From a virus (Duplodnaviria; Heunggongvirae; Uroviricota; Caudoviricetes): a stretch of DNA of 42,454 nt. The stretch's first letter is position 1. Every line of letters begins with the position of its first letter. Position numbers and translations under genes: made by a program. The stretch spans positions 1-42,454 of the IMG/VR virus record IMGVR_UViG_3300029613_000341; one strand, 5' to 3'. The notes below the pieces were generated by a model. The model saw only the letters and a list, made by a program, of their open reading frames with translations, made no database searches and was not told the DNA's origin. Below, piece after piece: positions 38,801 to 42,454 of the stretch.

Positions 38801-38896
38801 GCGCGGGAGGTGGCCCGCCAGCTTGATGAACGTGAACGCAGGCTGAAGGCAAAAGCCAGGAGTAACTACAGCGATCAGGGGGGATACGACGCATGA
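35819..38896 (+). CDS. T: Tail tape-measure protein T (P2 gpT family)
   Basis: 1025 aa, alpha-helical and Ala/Gly/Leu-rich with internal repeats; follows E/E'. Confidence 0.9.
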   Translation: MSDNNLRLQVILNAVDKLTRPFRAAQASSKELAGAIQNTRNSLKELNKQAGRIDEFRKTRSQLAITANNLNAAREEAAKLATQFAATNRPTAAQAKLFSQAKTRVQELQQTYNGLLGAVQRQRQALKESGIDTRQLSSAQRELKKNAEETSQALEGQQKALKRLGEQQARMNAAREQYSRRLEVRDRIAGAGATTTAAGLAMGAPVMAAVKSYTSMEDAMKGVAKQVNGLRDDNGNRTARFYEMQDAIKAASEQLPMENGAVDFAALVEGGARMNVANPDDSWEDQKRDLLAFASTAAKAATAFELPADELSESLGKIAQLYKIPTRNIEQLGDALNYLDDNAMSKGADIIDVMQRLGGVADRLDYRKAAALGSTFLTLGAAPEVAASAANAMVRELSIATMQSKSFFEGMNLLKLNPEVIEKQMTKDAMGTIQRVLEKVNALPQDKRLSAMTMLFGKEFGDDAAKLANNLPELQRQLKLTAGNDALGSMQKESDINKDSLSAQWLLVKTGAQNTFSSLGETLRQPLMDILYTVKSVTGALRRWVEANPELTGTLMKAAAVVAAVTVGLGTLAVVLAAVLGPLAVIRLGFSVLGIKTLPSVTAAVTRTSSALSWLAGAPLALLRRGLASSGNAAGLLTAPLSSLRRTASLTGNVLKTVAGAPVALLRSGLSGLRAVAVMFMNPLAVLRGGLAAAGTVLRVLASGPLAMLRVALYAVSGLLGALLSPIGLVVTALAGVALVVWKYWQPITAFLGGVVEGFKAAAGPVSAAFEPLKPVFQWIGDKVQALWGWFTDLLTPVKSTSAELQSAAAMGRRFGEALAEGLNMVMHPLDSLKSGVSWLLEKLGVVSKEAAKAKLPESVTRQQPATVNTDGKVMMPSGGFPSWGYGFAGMYDSGGYIPRGQFGIVGENGPEIVNGPANVTSRRNTAALAAVVAGMMGVAAAPAELPPLHPLALPAKGGEAIVSRAATVPPVYRIEAPTQIIIQTQPGQSAQDIAREVARQLDERERRLKAKARSNYSDQGGYDA

Positions 38897-39378
38897 TGAT
38901 GGTGCTGGGATTGTACGTGTTTATGCTGCGCACCGTGCCGTATCAGGAGCTGCAGTATCAACGCAGCTGGCGACATGCGGCAAACAGCCGGGTAAACCGA
39001 CGTCCGTCCACGCAGTTTCTGGGACCGGACAACGACATGCTGACGCTTTCCGGTGTTCTTATGCCGGAGATAACAGGTGGCAGGCTGTCGTTGCTGGCAC
39101 TGGAGCAGATGGCAGAACAGGGGAAAGCATGGCCCCTGATTGAAGGCAGCGGCACGATTTATGGCATGTATGTGATTGAGGGACTGAATCAGACTAAAAC
39201 GGAGTTTTTCCGCGACGGTATGCCGCGCCGGATTGAGTTCACCCTGTCGCTCAAACGGGTGGATGAATCCCTGTCCGATATGTTCGGTGATCTCAGTGCG
39301 CAGCTGAATAATCTGCAGGGAACGGCAACATCTGCCTTAAGCGATATCAGTAAAACGGTGGGAGGGCTTCTGTCGTGA
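38893..39378 (+). CDS. U: Tail protein U (P2 gpU family)
   Basis: 161 aa; conserved position. Confidence 0.85.
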   Translation: MMMVLGLYVFMLRTVPYQELQYQRSWRHAANSRVNRRPSTQFLGPDNDMLTLSGVLMPEITGGRLSLLALEQMAEQGKAWPLIEGSGTIYGMYVIEGLNQTKTEFFRDGMPRRIEFTLSLKRVDESLSDMFGDLSAQLNNLQGTATSALSDISKTVGGLLS

Positions 39379-40475
39379 ATTTCAGCTCTGAACTGCTTAA
39401 CAAAGGCAACAAAACTCCGGCATTCAGCATCAGTATTGAAGGCAGGGATATCACCACTGTGCTGGACAACCGCCTGATGGGGCTGACGCTGACGGATAAC
39501 CGGGGATTTGAAGCGGACCAGCTTGATCTGGAGCTGGACGACGCCGATGGAAAAATCGTGCTGCCGCGCCGTGGTGCGGTCATTACGCTGGCGCTGGGCT
39601 GGAAGGGGCAGCCGCTTTTCCCGAAAGGGGCATTCACGGTGGACGAGATTGAACACACTGGCGCACCGGACCGCCTGACTATCCGGGCGCGAAGTGCTGA
39701 TTTTCGTGAAACGCTGAATACCCGCCGTGAAAAGTCGTGGCACAAGACCACCGTTGGGGAAGTGGTGAAGGAAATAGCTGCGCGGCACAAACTGAAGATG
39801 GCACTGGGTAAAGACCTGTCAGATAAACCCGTGGAACATATAGACCAGACCAATGAGAGTGACGGCAGTTTTCTGATGCGGTTGGCGCGCCAGTACGGTG
39901 CTATTGCGTCGGTGAAAAATGGCAATCTGTTATTCATCCGACAGGGACAGGGTAAAAGCGCCAGCGGTAAACCACTGCCGGTGATCACTATCACACGCAA
40001 GGACGGCGACAGTCACCGCTTTACCCTGGCAGATCGCGGAGCCTACACGGGCGTAATTGCCAGCTGGTTGCATACCCGCGAACCCGCGAAGAAAGAAAGC
40101 ACTACGGTGAAGCGTAAGCGCAGAACGAAGAATCAGAAGAAAGAGCCGGAAGCGAAGCAGGGCGATTACCTGGTGGGTACGGATGAAAACGTGCTGGTAC
40201 TTAATCGCACCTATGCCAACCGGGGCAACGCTGAACGGGCAGCGAAAATACAGTGGGAACGTTTGCAACGCGGCGTTGCGTCATTCTCGCTACAACTGGC
40301 GGAAGGGCGGGCAGATCTCTACACGGAAATGCCTGTGAAGGTCAGTGGCTTTAAACAGCCGATAGATGATGCGGAATGGACCATTACGACTCTGACGCAT
40401 ACCGTCAGCCCGGATAACGGTTTTACGACCAGTATTGAACTTGAAGTGAAGATTGATGATCTTGAAATGGAATAA
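39375..40475 (+). CDS. D: Tail protein D (P2 gpD family)
   Basis: 366 aa; conserved position before ogr. Confidence 0.85.
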   Translation: MNFSSELLNKGNKTPAFSISIEGRDITTVLDNRLMGLTLTDNRGFEADQLDLELDDADGKIVLPRRGAVITLALGWKGQPLFPKGAFTVDEIEHTGAPDRLTIRARSADFRETLNTRREKSWHKTTVGEVVKEIAARHKLKMALGKDLSDKPVEHIDQTNESDGSFLMRLARQYGAIASVKNGNLLFIRQGQGKSASGKPLPVITITRKDGDSHRFTLADRGAYTGVIASWLHTREPAKKESTTVKRKRRTKNQKKEPEAKQGDYLVGTDENVLVLNRTYANRGNAERAAKIQWERLQRGVASFSLQLAEGRADLYTEMPVKVSGFKQPIDDAEWTITTLTHTVSPDNGFTTSIELEVKIDDLEME

Positions 40476-40543
40476 ATGGTTCTCAATATTGGTATTTTGT
40501 GTATCATTACGATGATTCTGATAGCAAAGGTAGGGATCTGGAT

Positions 40544-40762
40544 ATGATGAATTGTCCAAAGTGTGGTCATGCGGCGCACACAAGGAGCAGTTTTCAAGTA
40601 ACAGAAAGCACCAAAGAGCGTTACTGCCAGTGCCAAAATATTAACTGCGGGAGCACTTTTGTTACCCATGAAACAGTGGTCCGGTTTATTGTGACACCCG
40701 CACTGATTGCTACTGCTCCTCCACATCCATTGCCAGGTGGTCAGGGGCATATGAATTTTTGA
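40544..40762 (+). CDS. ogr: Late-gene transcription activator, Ogr/Delta zinc-finger family
   Basis: 72 aa from the Met at 40544; C-x2-C...C-x4-C zinc finger (CPKCGH ... CQCQNINC); matches P2 Ogr as recalled. Confidence 0.85.
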   Translation: MMNCPKCGHAAHTRSSFQVTESTKERYCQCQNINCGSTFVTHETVVRFIVTPALIATAPPHPLPGGQGHMNF

Positions 40763-40788
40763 GAAAGAGAACCTGCTACGGCAGGTTT

Positions 40789-41271
40789 TTATTCATCTGG
40801 GATCTCACCCGTTTCAAGAAAATGTATAAAGCCAGGCTCATCTATGATGATTGTGCCTTTCATCCTGGCTGCCGATACTTTTGATGGGCCTGCATTGTAA
40901 CCGCAACAGAGCATCTGAAGGCTTTGGGTTACAGAGGTTCTTACCGTTAATCCTTGTTCATTCGCCTTATCAACCAATCTTTCTTTATCTGCTTTCTTAA
41001 ATCCGGTGAAACACACATCGAATGTATTTTTTTTCGGACCAGATTGCTTAGTGAGATGTGAGTAGTTTTCGGGGAGGAATGACGCGCATTCCTGAATGGC
41101 TTGTTCTGGTGAATCGTACTGTTTAAGAATGCGGTCTTTTCGGAAGGTTTTTATTCGATCGGTGTTCTTACAAATGCCCTGTATATGATTTTCGCTATAA
41201 CTGATGCTCTGTATAGAGTGAACACCGATACGACCATTTGCATTGATGTAAACAAAGTGAAGTTCTTCCAT
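40789..41271 (-). CDS. Small protein with C-terminal BRCT-like domain and unknown N-terminal domain (moron next to attR)
   Basis: 160 aa; C-terminal FDVCFTGF...QGLTV.TSVTQSLQMLCCG.NAGPSKVSAARMKGTIIIDEPGF resembles the BRCT domain of NAD-dependent DNA ligases; AT-rich; lies between ogr and att. Confidence 0.55.
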   Translation of the reverse strand: MEELHFVYINANGRIGVHSIQSISYSENHIQGICKNTDRIKTFRKDRILKQYDSPEQAIQECASFLPENYSHLTKQSGPKKNTFDVCFTGFKKADKERLVDKANEQGLTVRTSVTQSLQMLCCGYNAGPSKVSAARMKGTIIIDEPGFIHFLETGEIPDE

Positions 41272-41354
41272 GTGAAACCTCTTTGCATGATTTCAAGATG
41301 GCGACAGGCAAGATGGACGCAAAAGTCTGTCGCCATTTTGCCGCCACTACCAAA

Positions 41355-41388
41355 GAAAAAGGGGCTACGCTTTCACGTAACCCCTTGA
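41355..41388 (-). terminator. Rho-independent terminator of ssrA
   Basis: Minus strand reads GGGGTTACG-TGAAAGC-GTAGCCCC followed by TTTTT, just downstream of the tmRNA 3' end. Confidence 0.5.
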
Positions 41389-41394
41389 TTTATT

Positions 41395-41439
41395 TGGTGG
41401 AGCTGGCGGGAGTTGAACCCGCGTCCGAAATTCCTACAT
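41395..41439. repeat. att direct repeat (phage core overlapping the ssrA 3' end)
   Basis: Identical to 5391-5435. Confidence 0.85.
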
Positions 41440-41757
41440 CCTCGGTACTACATGCTTAGTCAGTCTTTACATTCGCTTGCCAGCTGCGGACGGACACGCC
41501 ACTAACAAACTAGCCTGATTAAGTTTTAACGCTTCAACCCCAGGCAGGGCTTCCACGCGATCTCTTTTGGGTTTGACCTCTCTTGATCCCCGTCCTAAGA
41601 GCGGAGGCTAGGGAGAGAGGGCTCTAAGCAGGTTATTAAGCTGCTAAAGCGTAGTTTTCGTCGTTTGCGACTATTTTTTGCGGCTTTTTACGAGGCCAAC
41701 CGCCCCTCGGCATGCACCTTGGGTTTCGCAAATCCCGTCGAATCCAGAATCAGCCCC
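41395..41757 (-). ncRNA. ssrA: tmRNA (SsrA), 363 nt
   Basis: Reverse complement begins GGGGCTGATTCTGGATTCGACGGG and ends ...GTTCAACTCCCGCCAGCTCCACCA; contains the tag reading frame GCAAACGACGAAAACTACGCTTTAGCAGCTTAA (ANDENYALAA-stop); matches E. coli ssrA as I recall it. Confidence 0.95.
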
Positions 41758-41971
41758 AATGTGTAAAGGTAAGTATACCAGATTTATGAGCGCCATGACC
41801 AGCCTCAATGGCGTTATCGTTAAAGATTTAGCACCCATGTAGCCTGATTTTTATTCGATTAAGCAATGGGATGGCAACATTTGTGTCGGATGTGATAGCC
41901 AATAAGATGTTCATTCGCGCCGCCGGAGAGGGAGGCGCGGTGAGGAACTGGTCAATAATTGGAGTGCAGGT

Positions 41972-42454
41972 TTAACGGTGGGCGTTTTTCATGATACGTG
42001 CTTTATCCACCTGCCATTCGCGTTCTTTGATATCTGAACGTTTATCGTGCTGTTTTTTACCTTTGGCGACGCCGATTTTCACTTTGCACCAGGCATTTTT
42101 CCAGTACAGGGAGAGCGCCACTACGGTATAGCCTTCTCGATTGACGCGACCGTACAATGAGTCCAGTTCGCGCTGGTTGAGAAGTAACTTGCGGGTACGG
42201 GTAGGATCGCACACCACATGCGTGGAGGCCACGGCCATTGGCGTGATGTTAGCGCCAAACAGAAATGCCTCTCCGTCACGCAGAAGGACGTAGCTGTCGC
42301 TGATATTGGCTTTTCCTGCGCGCAGGGATTTAACCTCCCAGCCTTGCAGGGCAAGTCCCGCTTCGAACTCTTCTTCGATAAAGTATTCGTGACGGGCGCG
42401 CTTGTTAAGCGCGATGGTCGCTGAACCAGGTTTATGTGCTTTTTTCTTCGTCAT
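41972..42454 (-). CDS. smpB: SsrA-binding protein SmpB
   Basis: 160 aa beginning [47 protein letters not shown]; matches E. coli SmpB as recalled; start codon is at the last bases of the window. Confidence 0.95.

Larger units (their letters stand above)
5436..41394. mobile_element. P2/186-family (Fels-2-like) prophage integrated into the 3' end of ssrA
   Basis: Bounded by the 45-bp direct repeats; complete and syntenic P2-like gene set (int, cI, cII, A, Q, P, O, N, M, L, X, lysis, R, S, V, W, J, I, H, G, FI, FII, E, T, U, D, ogr). Confidence 0.85.

Noticed and set aside
39189-40268. Minus-strand ORFs opposite the U and D tail genes
   Set aside because: Antisense to conserved late genes; no start-site context.
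1-42454. CRISPR arrays, insertion sequences or transposases, rRNA or tRNA genes
   Set aside because: I saw no regularly spaced short direct repeats, no transposase-like ORF with terminal inverted repeats, and no rRNA or tRNA-like sequence apart from the tmRNA.

Overview
This window is the ssrA (tmRNA) integration hotspot of an Escherichia-like chromosome; all calls below rest on reading the sequence and recalled family knowledge, with no database search run. At the right edge are smpB (41972-42454, minus) and an intact tmRNA gene ssrA (41395-41757, minus). Bases 5436-41394 are a complete P2/186-family prophage bounded by a 45-bp direct repeat of the ssrA 3' end (5391-5435 and 41395-41439). 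Its layout is int-cI (minus), cox/apl-like, cII, early genes, dam, replication gene A, a LexA-box-controlled DinI-like module, a cos-like site, portal Q and terminase P (minus), then capsid, lysis, tail and baseplate genes through D and ogr (plus). AT-rich cargo sits at four places in the phage: between attL and int (membrane protein translationally coupled to int), between A and Q (P-loop NTPase, an unknown 332-aa protein, and an HNH nuclease split at an A7 homopolymer), between S and V (393-aa antisense gene), and between ogr and attR (small BRCT-like protein). Left of the repeat (1-5390) is the end of a second, tandemly integrated element with a P4-type integrase and an AT-rich two-gene cargo resembling a two-component pair (histidine-kinase-like ATPase followed by a receiver-like protein with a large unknown C-terminal domain). 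That pair and the NTPase/HNH cargo around the phage cos region are my best candidates for an undescribed anti-phage system. No rRNA, tRNA, CRISPR array or transposase was recognised.
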